Source: Ignavibacteria bacterium
GTDB lineage: Bacteria; Bacteroidota; Ignavibacteria; Tepidaquicellales; Tepidaquicellaceae
Direction of reading: 5' to 3'
Length of the DNA stretch: 64,000 nucleotides
Assembly: GCA_015657505.1 (NCBI GenBank)
Contig: JADLKE010000002.1
Coordinates: 190,067 to 254,066 of the forward strand
The notes beneath the pieces are model-generated. The model was not told where the DNA came from, ran no database searches, and saw nothing but the letters and a program-made list of their open reading frames with translations. Position numbers and translations under genes: made by a program. Below are positions 9,795 through 19,135 of this stretch, piece by piece (positions within the stretch are counted from its first letter, which is position 1; each line of letters starts with the position of its first letter).

Positions 9795-10217
9795 ATGACA
9801 ACTGAAAATTTAGAAAAGAACAAAGGAATCGTCAGACGATTTAACAAAGAAGTAATTGAACAAGGGAATCTTGATACCTTCAGGCAACTGATGGACAATG
9901 ATTTCATTAACCGGACAGCCCCTGATTCAGCCAATGATGCAAACGGAATGTGGAATACATTTTCAAATATTTTACGACCGGCATTTCCGGACTTGACGGT
10001 AGAGATCTATGAACAAATTGCTGAAGGAGACAGGGTCGTTACAAGAAAAGCAATAACAGGAACGCATGAAGGTAAATTATTCGACATTTCTCCCACCGGG
10101 CAGAAAATCAGAATTGATGTAATTGATATTGTACGAGTAAAGGACGGAAAATATATTGAACATTGGGGCATTAATACTTTACAAACGGTTTTGACGGAAT
10201 TAAAAAAGCGTGAATAG
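9795..10217 (+). CDS. SnoaL-like / predicted ester cyclase
   Basis: 140 aa with NKGIVRRFNKEVIEQGNLD...FINRTAP...VDIVRVKDGKYIEHWG, typical of the SnoaL-like cyclase fold. Confidence 0.7.
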   Translation: MTTENLEKNKGIVRRFNKEVIEQGNLDTFRQLMDNDFINRTAPDSANDANGMWNTFSNILRPAFPDLTVEIYEQIAEGDRVVTRKAITGTHEGKLFDISPTGQKIRIDVIDIVRVKDGKYIEHWGINTLQTVLTELKKRE

Positions 10218-10325
10218 CAAAACGGCAGAAGCCAACTATGATTGTCATGAATTTCCTCCTGACTGTAACAAACCGTCAGTACTTTTCTTCATACGGACAC
10301 AAATAAAACGCTCATAAATTAGCCT

Positions 10326-11012
10326 CTACTTTTCTCCGTAATTCATCATCAGCAAGTCATTGAGGTCGGAGTAGAGGTCGAGGTAGTCCTGCCGGCTGCG
10401 CCGGATTATTTCGTATGCCTCTTCCCTGCCGTACACGTGCGTGATTTCGCAGATGCGCTTTTCGGCGCCGGGCGCTTCCTTATAAGTGAGGAAGTAGTGG
10501 CGGATTCTTTCGATTAAGGATGTCGGGCAGTCGGAGATATCGTCCCAGCCGCCGAACACATTGTCCTTATGCATCACCGCGATTATCTTGTCGTCCGCTT
10601 CTTCGCCGTCTATCATTCTCAGCCCGCCAATCGGAACAGCGTTCAGGATTATGTCGTTGTGAGTGATTACTTTTTCCGTCAGCACGCAAATGTCGAGCGG
10701 GTCGCCGTCTCCCTTTACCCCGCTTCTGCCTGTCTTGAGGCAGCAGAATTCCGCGACTCTTTCGCCGCAGTATGTCTGCGGAATCAGTCCGTAGGGAGTC
10801 GGGCAGACGTTCGAGTACAACTGCGGTCTGTCAATTTTAAGGTATCCCGACTGCTTGTCGAGTTCGAATTTCAACGTATCGGTCGGAACGATTTCGATGT
10901 AAGTCGAAACTACTTCGGGAGCGTTTTTTCCGATATATACTCCGTGCCACGGATGCGCTTTTATAAGCGGTCTTACTCTTTTGAACAGGTCAAACGCTTC
11001 ATTGTTTTTCAT
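10326..11012 (-). CDS. ppa: inorganic diphosphatase (family I)
   Basis: 228 aa with HPWHG, YIEIVPTD..KFE, DGDPLDICVL and DDKIIAV motifs. Confidence 0.85.
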   Translation of the reverse strand: MKNNEAFDLFKRVRPLIKAHPWHGVYIGKNAPEVVSTYIEIVPTDTLKFELDKQSGYLKIDRPQLYSNVCPTPYGLIPQTYCGERVAEFCCLKTGRSGVKGDGDPLDICVLTEKVITHNDIILNAVPIGGLRMIDGEEADDKIIAVMHKDNVFGGWDDISDCPTSLIERIRHYFLTYKEAPGAEKRICEITHVYGREEAYEIIRRSRQDYLDLYSDLNDLLMMNYGEK

Positions 11013-11013
11013 A

Positions 11014-11628
11014 CTACACTCTCGAAATAAAGTTTAATGATTTTTTTATGAGGTCTTCCGTGCCGAGATTCTCGCCCGGATTATTTTTCAGGACTTCCCT
11101 TATTATTTTTTCCGCGTCGGCGCGCTGGTAGCCGAGGTTCATAAGCGCGGTAAGAGCTTCGAGACGCGGAACGTCAGTGTCGCGGTTTCCCGCCGCCGAT
11201 TCCATTATTCCTCCGATGTCCGCGTTTATTTTAAACACCTTGTCTTTAAGCGCGAGCGAAATCATTTCGATTTTCTTCGGACCGATGCCGGGTATTTTTA
11301 TTCCCGTAAATGTCTTGTTCGCAATCAGCCCGAGTATGTCCTCAAACGAGGCGTGAACGAGTATCGTATGCGCGGTCTTCGCGCTTATGCCGCTGACCGA
11401 AATGAGCATCTTGAACATTTCTCTCTCCCTTTCGTCGTGGAAGCCGAAGAGCATAAGAGAATTTTCCTTGACGTCGAGATAAGTTATGACGGAAAAAGTT
11501 TCGCCCGCGGCGGGAAGGTTATCCCTGACCTTTCCTGAAACGTGAACCGAAAAGCCGACTCCGTTCACGTCGAGAATGATCGCGTTCCCCGCTTTCGATA
11601 TGAGAGTTCCTTTTAAGAGTGAAATCAT
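11014..11628 (-). CDS. ruvA: Holliday junction branch migration complex subunit RuvA
   Basis: 204 aa with an OB N-terminus MISLLKGTL, the HhH motif IPGIGPKK and a domain III tail. 4-nt overlap with ruvC. Confidence 0.92.
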   Translation of the reverse strand: MISLLKGTLISKAGNAIILDVNGVGFSVHVSGKVRDNLPAAGETFSVITYLDVKENSLMLFGFHDEREREMFKMLISVSGISAKTAHTILVHASFEDILGLIANKTFTGIKIPGIGPKKIEMISLALKDKVFKINADIGGIMESAAGNRDTDVPRLEALTALMNLGYQRADAEKIIREVLKNNPGENLGTEDLIKKSLNFISRV

Positions 11629-12188
11629 TTTTTTCTCCTGAGAATTTTATCGGGATTTTTTTCGATGTACTCTTTCCAGTCCTGACGCCTGCCGCGGATT
11701 TTCACTGCCGGAATCTTTTCGCCGCCGTTGAAGTAGTGGCAGAGAGCGATTGCGAGAGCGTCCGACGAGTCGCTGAGCATTTTGTTATCCTTCACGGAAA
11801 GAATATTTTTTATGAACGTCTGCACCGTCGGTTTCGAGGCTGAGCCGCTGCCCGTTACGGATTTCTTGACTTCCCTCGGTGAGTATTCGAAAACCCTTAG
11901 CCCGCTGTTCAGAGCCGCTATCATCACGGCGCCGCGAACCTGACCGAGTTTCATTGTTGACTGAATGTTCTTGCCGAAGAATGCCGTTTCGACGGAGAGT
12001 TCGTCGGGTTTGTATTTCTCGATTCTCGCAATGCAAAAATCGTAAATCATCTTGAGCCTCGACGGTATCGGCTGCTTCGAATTCATTTTCAAAGCGTCGT
12101 AAGACAGAACTTTGAAAGTTCCGTTCACGACTTCGATTATTCCCAGACCGGTAACGACAGAGCCGGGGTCTATACCGATGATTCTCAT
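11625..12188 (-). CDS. ruvC: crossover junction endodeoxyribonuclease RuvC
   Basis: 187 aa with MRIIGIDPGS and DSSDALAIALCH catalytic motifs. Confidence 0.93.
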   Translation of the reverse strand: MRIIGIDPGSVVTGLGIIEVVNGTFKVLSYDALKMNSKQPIPSRLKMIYDFCIARIEKYKPDELSVETAFFGKNIQSTMKLGQVRGAVMIAALNSGLRVFEYSPREVKKSVTGSGSASKPTVQTFIKNILSVKDNKMLSDSSDALAIALCHYFNGGEKIPAVKIRGRRQDWKEYIEKNPDKILRRKK

Positions 12189-12191
12189 TTT

Positions 12192-12911
12192 TTAAAAATC
12201 GCCGTTAGTGTATATGTTCTGCACGTCGTCGTTCTCCTCGACGAATTCGAGGAACTTCATCACGTCCGCCGCTCCGTGCTCGTCAAGCGCGACAAGGTCT
12301 TTCGCGATGTACTGCATTCCCGCGCTTTCAATCTTGAAATTTTTTTCTTCCATTGCCTTCCTTACTTTTTCAAGATTTTCAACGGTTGAAATGATTTCGA
12401 AAAATTCATCCTCGGTTTTCAGGTCGTCGGCTCCGGCGTCGAGTATTATTTCCATTACTTCGTCTTCGGAATGCTTTCCCCGTTCGACCGTAACGACGCC
12501 TTTTCTTTCGAACATCCAGGCGACCGAGCCCGACTCGCCGAGGTTTCCGTTGTGCTTGGAAATAAGATGCCTGAGTTCGGCGACGGTCCTGTTGCGGTTG
12601 TCCGTCACGCACTGGATAATACACGCGATGCCGTGCGGAGCATAGGCTTCGTAGTTGATTTCCTCGTACCTGACGCCTTCGAGTTCGCCCGTACCTTTCT
12701 TGACCGCACGTGTTATATTGTCCTGAGGCATGTTGCTTGCTTTAGCCGATTGAATTGCAAGCCTGAGGCGCGGGTTTCCCGCTGGGTCGCCGCCGCCGTC
12801 GCGCGCGGCAATAGTGATTTCCTTAATAATCTTTGTGAACACTTTACCCCTCGCCGCGTCGGTCGCGGCTTTTTTTCTCTTGATAGTCGCCCATTTAGAA
12901 TGTCCGGACAT
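12192..12911 (-). CDS. YebC/PmpR family DNA-binding transcriptional regulator
   Basis: 239 aa with the MSGHSKWATIKRKKAATDAARGK family signature. Confidence 0.93.
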   Translation of the reverse strand: MSGHSKWATIKRKKAATDAARGKVFTKIIKEITIAARDGGGDPAGNPRLRLAIQSAKASNMPQDNITRAVKKGTGELEGVRYEEINYEAYAPHGIACIIQCVTDNRNRTVAELRHLISKHNGNLGESGSVAWMFERKGVVTVERGKHSEDEVMEIILDAGADDLKTEDEFFEIISTVENLEKVRKAMEEKNFKIESAGMQYIAKDLVALDEHGAADVMKFLEFVEENDDVQNIYTNGDF

Positions 12912-12939
12912 AAAAAATAAATTTAAATTTTAATAATGT

Positions 12940-14676
12940 TTAATGAATTCTGATGTCTTTGATAATCAATTTTGTGTAACCGTTCCTCTGGTTCTTGTCG
13001 ATTGTATAGCAGATGTCGCAAACGGAATCTCTTGAAATGCTGTCGAGTCTGTCTTTAGAATTATAGAAGACCGCGTTCCAGGTCCTGTCCGAAATTCCGT
13101 CGCTCACTTTGAACACGTGCGATTCTACTTTAGTGAATTTAACGTCGTCAACAATCTTCACGTTCTTCGTGAGGAAAATCGGCTGCGGGTTTCCGGGACC
13201 GAACGGCTCGAAGAAAGAAATAATCTTTATGAATGTCGGATTAATATCTTCGAAATTAATCTCGAGGTCAACGTCGATTTCGGGTTTCAGGTCTTCGCTT
13301 ATAAGTTCTTTGACTGCTATTTCATTGAAGCGTTTTCTGAATTCGTCAATCTTTTCGACCTCGATTTCGAGACCAGCCGCGTGGCAGTGTCCGCCGTACT
13401 GTATAAGCAGGTCTTCGCAGTTCTTGAGCGCCTCGTAAACGTTGAATCCGTTTATGCTTCTCGCGCTCCCCTTTGCGGTTCCCTTTATAGTCGTAAGCAC
13501 GATTGTCGGACGGTTGAATCTTTCGACCATCCTCGCCGCGACTATGCTTATGACTCCGGGATGCCAGTCCGCGTTGTGAAGAACGATTGAGTATTCGTCC
13601 TTGTCCCCGTAAGTGTCCTTGTAAAGGCGGAACGCCTTTTCCGTAATGTTCTTGTCGATTTCTCTTCTGTTAGCGTTCTCGACGTCAAGAATGTTCACGA
13701 GGTCGTCGAGTTCTTTCAGGTCGTCGCTGATGAGCAGATTGACCGCCCTGTCGGCATCGCCGAGCCTTCCGACCGCGTTGATTCTCGGAGCGAGGGAAAA
13801 AACGATGTTCGTCGTGTTGACCCTGTTTTCCTTCAGTCCGATTTTTTCTATAAGGGCTTTAATTGAAGGACGCGGATTCGTGTTTATTTTGTTGAAACCT
13901 TCGTTCACGAGAATTCTGTTCTCGTCGGTTATAGGCACTATGTCCGACGAGGTCGCTATCGCAACGAAATCAAGCAGCGTGTAAGCGAACTTTTCGTCTC
14001 CGAGTTTTCCGCAAACGGACTGAATGAGTTTGAATGCGACGCCCGTGCCGCAAAGATGCTTGTAAGGATAATCGCAGCCCGGCTGTATCGGGTCCATAAT
14101 CGCGAACGCTTTTGGAAGCGTTTCCGGAGGCTGGTGATGGTCGCATACTATAACGTCAATCCCTTTCTCATTCGAATAGTCAACTGTATTTATCGCAGTA
14201 ATGCCGCAGTCAATCGCGACGAGCAGTTTTATGTTGTCGTCCTTCGCTTCGTCGATCGCGCTTTTTGAAAGACCGTATTCCTGACTGATTCTGTTGGGAA
14301 TGAAAACAGAAACTTCGACACCGAAATGCTTCAGAAAAAGAGAGAACATCGACGCGCCGATTATGCCGTCAACGTCGTAGTCTCCGAGAATCATAACTTT
14401 TTCTTTCTTGCTTATCGCGTCAAGTACCCTTTCGGTTGCTTCGGCGCAGCCTTTCATAAGCATCGGGTCGTGCAGTTTGTCCAGTGTGGGTTTAAAGAAT
14501 CTGATTACTTTCGAGTAATCGGTAACTCCCCGCATGTAGAGGAGTTTTGCTACAGAATCGGGAATTTTGATTCTGCCCTTGAGGCCTTGTACATCTTTGA
14601 TAAAAGTATCAAATCGGACGTACCCATCCCCCCCGTTTTCCGGGAATAAATTTTTTAACTTCCAGATTTTTTCCAA
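12940..14676 (-). CDS. recJ: single-stranded-DNA-specific exonuclease RecJ
   Basis: 578 aa with DHH-family motifs (GDYDVDG, AIDCG, VCDHHQP, GGHCHAAG). The track start is a TTG codon. Confidence 0.9.
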   Translation of the reverse strand: MEKIWKLKNLFPENGGDGYVRFDTFIKDVQGLKGRIKIPDSVAKLLYMRGVTDYSKVIRFFKPTLDKLHDPMLMKGCAEATERVLDAISKKEKVMILGDYDVDGIIGASMFSLFLKHFGVEVSVFIPNRISQEYGLSKSAIDEAKDDNIKLLVAIDCGITAINTVDYSNEKGIDVIVCDHHQPPETLPKAFAIMDPIQPGCDYPYKHLCGTGVAFKLIQSVCGKLGDEKFAYTLLDFVAIATSSDIVPITDENRILVNEGFNKINTNPRPSIKALIEKIGLKENRVNTTNIVFSLAPRINAVGRLGDADRAVNLLISDDLKELDDLVNILDVENANRREIDKNITEKAFRLYKDTYGDKDEYSIVLHNADWHPGVISIVAARMVERFNRPTIVLTTIKGTAKGSARSINGFNVYEALKNCEDLLIQYGGHCHAAGLEIEVEKIDEFRKRFNEIAVKELISEDLKPEIDVDLEINFEDINPTFIKIISFFEPFGPGNPQPIFLTKNVKIVDDVKFTKVESHVFKVSDGISDRTWNAVFYNSKDRLDSISRDSVCDICYTIDKNQRNGYTKLIIKDIRIH

Positions 14677-14699
14677 TTTCTCTCATATTTATTTTTTTG

Positions 14700-14783
14700 T
14701 GCTCAAAGGGGGACTCGAACCCCCACCCAAGTACATGGACTGCACCCTGAATGCAGCGCGTCTACCAGTTCCGCCATTTGAGC
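14700..14783 (-). tRNA. tRNA-Leu (anticodon CAG), type II with long variable arm; CCA not encoded
   Basis: Hand-folded cloverleaf: acceptor GCUCAAA/UUUGAGC, D arm GCGGAACUGGUAGACGC, anticodon stem CUGCA/UGCAG with loop UUCAGGG, variable arm, T arm GGGGG-UUCGAGU-CCCCC. Confidence 0.9.
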
Positions 14784-14912
14784 AGGTCCGGAAGTAATCA
14801 GGAAAAGAAGATACAAATTCACGTCAGCAAATTCAATTTCAAAAAAACGGTAAAAACATATTTTAACTGAGTCCTGTCCTGTACAGATGAAAAGAAATCC
14901 TTCAAAATGAAA

Positions 14913-14939
14913 TAAAAAAAGGCGGGCATTTGCCCGCCT
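14913..14939 (-). terminator. rho-independent terminator of 14961..15890
   Basis: GGCGGGCA-tt-TGCCCGCC followed by T7 on the minus strand. Confidence 0.85.
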
Positions 14940-14960
14940 TCATAATAATAGTCTTAAAGA

Positions 14961-15890
14961 TTATTTCACAAGAATCATTTTCTTGGTCTCCACATATTCG
15001 GGAGTCGAAAGCCTGTAGTAGTACATTCCGCTTGAAAGCCCGCTTCCGTCGAACTGCGTCTCATAATAACCCGCTTTTGTATAACCGTCGTGCAGGACTT
15101 TCACCAACTGTCCGAGATTGTTGTAAACTTCGAGCCTTACCTGCGAATTCCTGGGCAGGTCGAATTTTATCTTCGTCGTTGGATTGAAGGGATTCGGATA
15201 ATTCTGCCCGAGCGAGTAATTCTTCGGCAGGTTCGTTCCTATCTGGTTTATGCCGACGTACGACCTGTTACCGATGAATACGTCATCTATGTTACACCAG
15301 AATCCGTCGGCGCTCGTATTCATATAATACCTGAATGCGACGCAGATAGTCTGACCCGCGAAGGAGGAAAGTACAAACGTATGTTTCGTCCATACGTTAG
15401 TAGACAGAGGAACCCCTGCGCTGTCGTTGCTTTTAATCGTTGCAAGTTTGCTGATTTCGGCTCCGGGCGCCTGCGCCAATGATATCCAAACCTGCATTGT
15501 GTCAAGGTAAGGCTGGAAACCCTCAGGGCTTCCGAGTAACATCCAGAATGCAAGAGTGTCGCCTGCCATAACGGTAAACGTATCCGTGAACACCCAGTCG
15601 TTTGCGACAGGATCGCCTGCGCTCCAGGGTATTGTCAGAGCGCGAACGCTGTTATGCGCCTGAGCTACAAGCAGGGAATTCGTTCCTATATAGTGTGTTC
15701 CGGAATCGCGAACCGCCCATTCTTTACCGGGACCGGAAACGGGATCTTCGCTGAATTTGACCCAGTTAGGAGGAAGACTATCGGGACCGAAACCCGTATT
15801 CTCAAAATTTTGGTTTACAATAATCCTTTGAGCGTATAAGGTTGGAACCAAAAACACTAATACTAAAAAGGTAAATAATACTTTTTTCAT
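14961..15890 (-). CDS. secreted protein with T9SS C-terminal sorting domain (N-terminal domain unassigned)
   Basis: 309 aa with a signal peptide and the C-terminal LGQNYPNPFNPTTKI...KKMILVK CTD. Confidence 0.75.
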   Translation of the reverse strand: MKKVLFTFLVLVFLVPTLYAQRIIVNQNFENTGFGPDSLPPNWVKFSEDPVSGPGKEWAVRDSGTHYIGTNSLLVAQAHNSVRALTIPWSAGDPVANDWVFTDTFTVMAGDTLAFWMLLGSPEGFQPYLDTMQVWISLAQAPGAEISKLATIKSNDSAGVPLSTNVWTKHTFVLSSFAGQTICVAFRYYMNTSADGFWCNIDDVFIGNRSYVGINQIGTNLPKNYSLGQNYPNPFNPTTKIKFDLPRNSQVRLEVYNNLGQLVKVLHDGYTKAGYYETQFDGSGLSSGMYYYRLSTPEYVETKKMILVK

Positions 15891-16010
15891 ATTTCTCCTT
15901 TCATTATTTGTGATTACCTGAATTTAATAAAAAATAACATAAAATATACAGATAGAGAAAAATTTTTATTAAAAAAGGACGGAACTAAAATAACGAATGA
16001 ATATGAATAT

Positions 16011-16484
16011 TTACTGCTTCTTGCCTTCGCCTATCTTTTCCTGAAGCGTTATCAGGGCGTGAAGCAGGTTATCGGGACGCGGTGGGCATCCCGCTACGTA
16101 AATATCTACAGGCAGGAACTGGTCAATTCCCTGCACGACGGAATAACTGCGGTACATGCCGCCGGATGAAGTACAGGCGCCCATCGCTATTACCCACTTG
16201 GGGTCAGGCATCTGGTCGTAAATTTTTCTCACGACTTTCGCCATCTTATAGGTTGTTGTTCCCGCCACTATCATAACGTCGCACTGCCTCGGCGAGAACC
16301 TCATAACTTCCGAGCCGAATCTCGCGATGTCAAAGCGCGGAGCCGCGGCAGCCATCATTTCTATCGCGCAGCAGGAAATTCCCATTGGCATCGGCCACAG
16401 CGAATTCTTCCTCGCCCAGTCGATTACGTCGTTGAGTTTTGTGGTTATGAAGCCGTCATTGCCAAGTTTTTCCTCTAATCCCAT
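16011..16484 (-). CDS. nuoB: NADH-quinone oxidoreductase subunit B
   Basis: 157 aa with the Fe-S ligand pattern SCCAIEMM...GACTSSGG...GCPPRP. Confidence 0.95.
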   Translation of the reverse strand: MGLEEKLGNDGFITTKLNDVIDWARKNSLWPMPMGISCCAIEMMAAAAPRFDIARFGSEVMRFSPRQCDVMIVAGTTTYKMAKVVRKIYDQMPDPKWVIAMGACTSSGGMYRSYSVVQGIDQFLPVDIYVAGCPPRPDNLLHALITLQEKIGEGKKQ

Positions 16485-16843
16485 TTCAGAACTCCTTTTC
16501 CGTATTCATAAACAAGTCCCGCAATCAGTATGAAAATAAATATTAAAGCGATTATCAGTGAATACATCATTTCTCCTGACGGCAGGCTCAGAAAGGACAC
16601 CGCCCAGGGATAAAGAAACACGATTTCAATGTCGAAAACGATGAAACTCACGGCGACCATATAGTATTTCACCGAAAAACGTTCACGGGCGGTCTGAATC
16701 GGCTCCATACCGCTCTCATACGTTGATTCTTTCTCTTTGTTCGGGTTTCTAGGTCCGAAAAAAACCGTGAATTTAACCATAACGACGGCGAAAATCACCG
16801 CGAATAATCCTATAATCAATATTGGTATATACGATGTGAGCAT
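16475..16843 (-). CDS. nuoA: NADH-quinone oxidoreductase subunit A
   Basis: 122 aa, 3 TM, with YESGMEP...[12 protein letters not shown]. Overlaps nuoB by 10 nt. Confidence 0.92.
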   Translation of the reverse strand: MLTSYIPILIIGLFAVIFAVVMVKFTVFFGPRNPNKEKESTYESGMEPIQTARERFSVKYYMVAVSFIVFDIEIVFLYPWAVSFLSLPSGEMMYSLIIALIFIFILIAGLVYEYGKGVLKWD

Positions 16844-17028
16844 AGTTCAATATAAATGTTATAACAAAGAGTTTAAACTGAAAATTCAATCTTACAGGGA
16901 TGCGGAATCAATGTGTGAGTAGTTTGTAGTTAGTATCTCTGCTATTGCTCTTCTTTCTGAAAATCTTTCGCTTTTGATCAAAGATAAACAGAATCTTTCA
17001 GTTCCGAAGCAGACAATTTGCAAATCCA

Positions 17029-17060
17029 TAAAAAAACAGAGTCGGATCTTTCCGGCTCTG
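17029..17060 (-). terminator. orphan intrinsic terminator in the nuoA upstream region
   Basis: On the minus strand, CAGAGCCGG-AAAGAU-CCGACUCUG (one mismatch) followed by U7. No annotated gene lies upstream on that strand. Confidence 0.6.
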
Positions 17061-17235
17061 TCAACCTCGACATACTAGGAGACTGAAAATCGAAAGTTAT
17101 TGTTAATCAATTACTGCTCTCACTTATTTAGACGAAAGCTCGATTAAAAAGTTTCGAAATTGTATCTTCACTACGCTTCCCGTTAATTCGAAACCACATA
17201 CCGGGATTTGCGTATAATAAAAAAAATAAACCTCT

Positions 17236-18120
17236 ATGAATAAAGCATTTATCTTCTTCATTTTATTGTATGTTATGACGACAGCGTCATTTTCATATTC
17301 ACAGGACGTCTCGAGGGGACCAAAATGTAAAATCACACAACTGAATCCGGGTTTATGGGAAATCACAATTGCTTCTGTTAATGTGATTGCCTCTGCCGGT
17401 TCCGACGGCATATTAATAGTTGACGCGAACTACAGTGAATACGCGCGGTTTCTTGAAAAAGCAATCGACAGCATAGGCGGCGGAAAGAAGTTGAACTACA
17501 TTGTTGATACCCACTGGCACTTTGACCATACCGGAGGACAAAAGATTTTCGGCAGGGATACAAAAATTATTTCCCACAAAAATGTGAAGGAACTGCTTTC
17601 AAAAGATGATATCCTGCTCGGAGATACACAGAAAGCATATCCGGATTATGCGCTGCCGAATATCACATTTTCAGATTCGCTTGCTCTGAAATTTAACGAA
17701 AGCGACATCATAATAACATCCGTATCAGGAAGTCATTCCGCAGGAGACGCGGTTGTATATTTCAGGAAAGAGAAAGTACTTCACATCGGAGATATTATAT
17801 TCGCCGACGAGTTTCCTTTTGTCGATACGGAACACGGAGGCAGCGTGATAAAAATTCTTGAAAGTCTTAATAAAATAATTTCCTCTTATCCGACTGATAC
17901 GAGAATAGTGCCTGGACACGGAAGAACTTATTCAATATCGGATTTAAAAGAATACGCGGTAATGGTAGAAAGAACAATCGGCATTGTCAGGAAGGAAAAG
18001 CAAAAGGGGAAATCTCTCAAGGAAATTCAGAACGGGAACGCGCTTGAAGAATACAAGGGATACGCGGTTTCATTTTCGTGCAGCGACTGGATAGAATACA
18101 TTTATAAAAGCCTCGACTAA
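17236..18120 (+). CDS. MBL-fold metallo-hydrolase, secreted
   Basis: 294 aa with a signal peptide and the HWHFDHTGG metal-binding motif. Confidence 0.8.
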   Translation: MNKAFIFFILLYVMTTASFSYSQDVSRGPKCKITQLNPGLWEITIASVNVIASAGSDGILIVDANYSEYARFLEKAIDSIGGGKKLNYIVDTHWHFDHTGGQKIFGRDTKIISHKNVKELLSKDDILLGDTQKAYPDYALPNITFSDSLALKFNESDIIITSVSGSHSAGDAVVYFRKEKVLHIGDIIFADEFPFVDTEHGGSVIKILESLNKIISSYPTDTRIVPGHGRTYSISDLKEYAVMVERTIGIVRKEKQKGKSLKEIQNGNALEEYKGYAVSFSCSDWIEYIYKSLD

Positions 18121-18189
18121 TACGCCGTACTTAAGGGATTTGAATTATTTCTTTGCGATATTATGACTAAATTATGAAAAATCATTACG

Positions 18190-19134
18190 ATGGGACAAAA
18201 AAGAGTTTTAATCACGGGCGCAGCGGGATTTATCGGCTCACATCTGTGCGACAGGTTCATTAAAGAAGGATTTCAGGTTATCGGAATGGATAATCTGAGC
18301 ACGGGTTCGATGAAAAACATCGAGCATCTTTTTCCGAAGAAGGAATTCGAATTTTATTTTCACGACGTCACTAAATTCGTTCACGTACCGGGCCGCCTTG
18401 ATTATATTCTTCATTTCGCCTCACCCGCGAGCCCTATTGATTACCTCAAGATTCCGATACAGACATTGAAGGTCGGCTCGCTCGGAACTCACAACCTGCT
18501 CGGTCTGGCAAAGGAAAAGAAATCGAGATTTCTTATTGCATCGACATCCGAGATTTACGGCGACCCGAACGTGCACCCCCAGACGGAGGAATACTGGGGC
18601 AACGTGAATCCTATCGGTCCCCGCGGCGTTTATGACGAAGCCAAGAGATTCATGGAAGCGATTACGATGGCTTACCACACTTACCACGGACTCGATACAC
18701 GCATCGTGAGAATATTCAATACCTACGGTCCGCGAATGAGACTCAACGACGGCAGGGCTTTGCCCGCTTTCATAGGTCAGGCGATTCGGGGAGAGGACAT
18801 AACCGTATTCGGCGACGGCACTCAAACGAGATCTTTCTGTTTCATAGATGATATGATTGAAGGAATCTACAGGCTGCTAATGAGCGATTATACTATGCCC
18901 GTAAATATAGGGAATCCGGATGAGATTACGATAAATGAATTCGCGGAAGAAATCATTAAGCTTACTGGAACGAAGCAGAAAATCGTTTATCATCCGCTTC
19001 CTACGGACGACCCTAAACAAAGACAGCCGGACATTACGAAGGCGAAGAAAATTCTCGGCTGGGAGCCGAAAATCTCACGCTCGGAAGGATTAAAAATCAC
19101 TTACGAATATTTCAAGAAGGTTATCGGGAATTAA
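18190..19134 (+). CDS. uxs: UDP-glucuronate decarboxylase (UDP-xylose synthase) family SDR
   Basis: 314 aa with [26 protein letters not shown] and the conserved C-terminal [18 protein letters not shown]. Confidence 0.85.
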   Translation: MGQKRVLITGAAGFIGSHLCDRFIKEGFQVIGMDNLSTGSMKNIEHLFPKKEFEFYFHDVTKFVHVPGRLDYILHFASPASPIDYLKIPIQTLKVGSLGTHNLLGLAKEKKSRFLIASTSEIYGDPNVHPQTEEYWGNVNPIGPRGVYDEAKRFMEAITMAYHTYHGLDTRIVRIFNTYGPRMRLNDGRALPAFIGQAIRGEDITVFGDGTQTRSFCFIDDMIEGIYRLLMSDYTMPVNIGNPDEITINEFAEEIIKLTGTKQKIVYHPLPTDDPKQRQPDITKAKKILGWEPKISRSEGLKITYEYFKKVIGN

Positions 19135-19135
19135 T

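Noticed and set aside
12208-12920. 145- and 149-aa ORFs antisense to the YebC-family gene.
   Set aside because: They lie entirely within a well-supported CDS on the other strand and have no recognisable domains.
17124-17411. 95-aa minus-strand ORF overlapping the MBL hydrolase start.
   Set aside because: It is antisense to a gene with a clear signal peptide and metal motif, and its translation has no coding features. The region is better explained as a spacer or small-RNA candidate.
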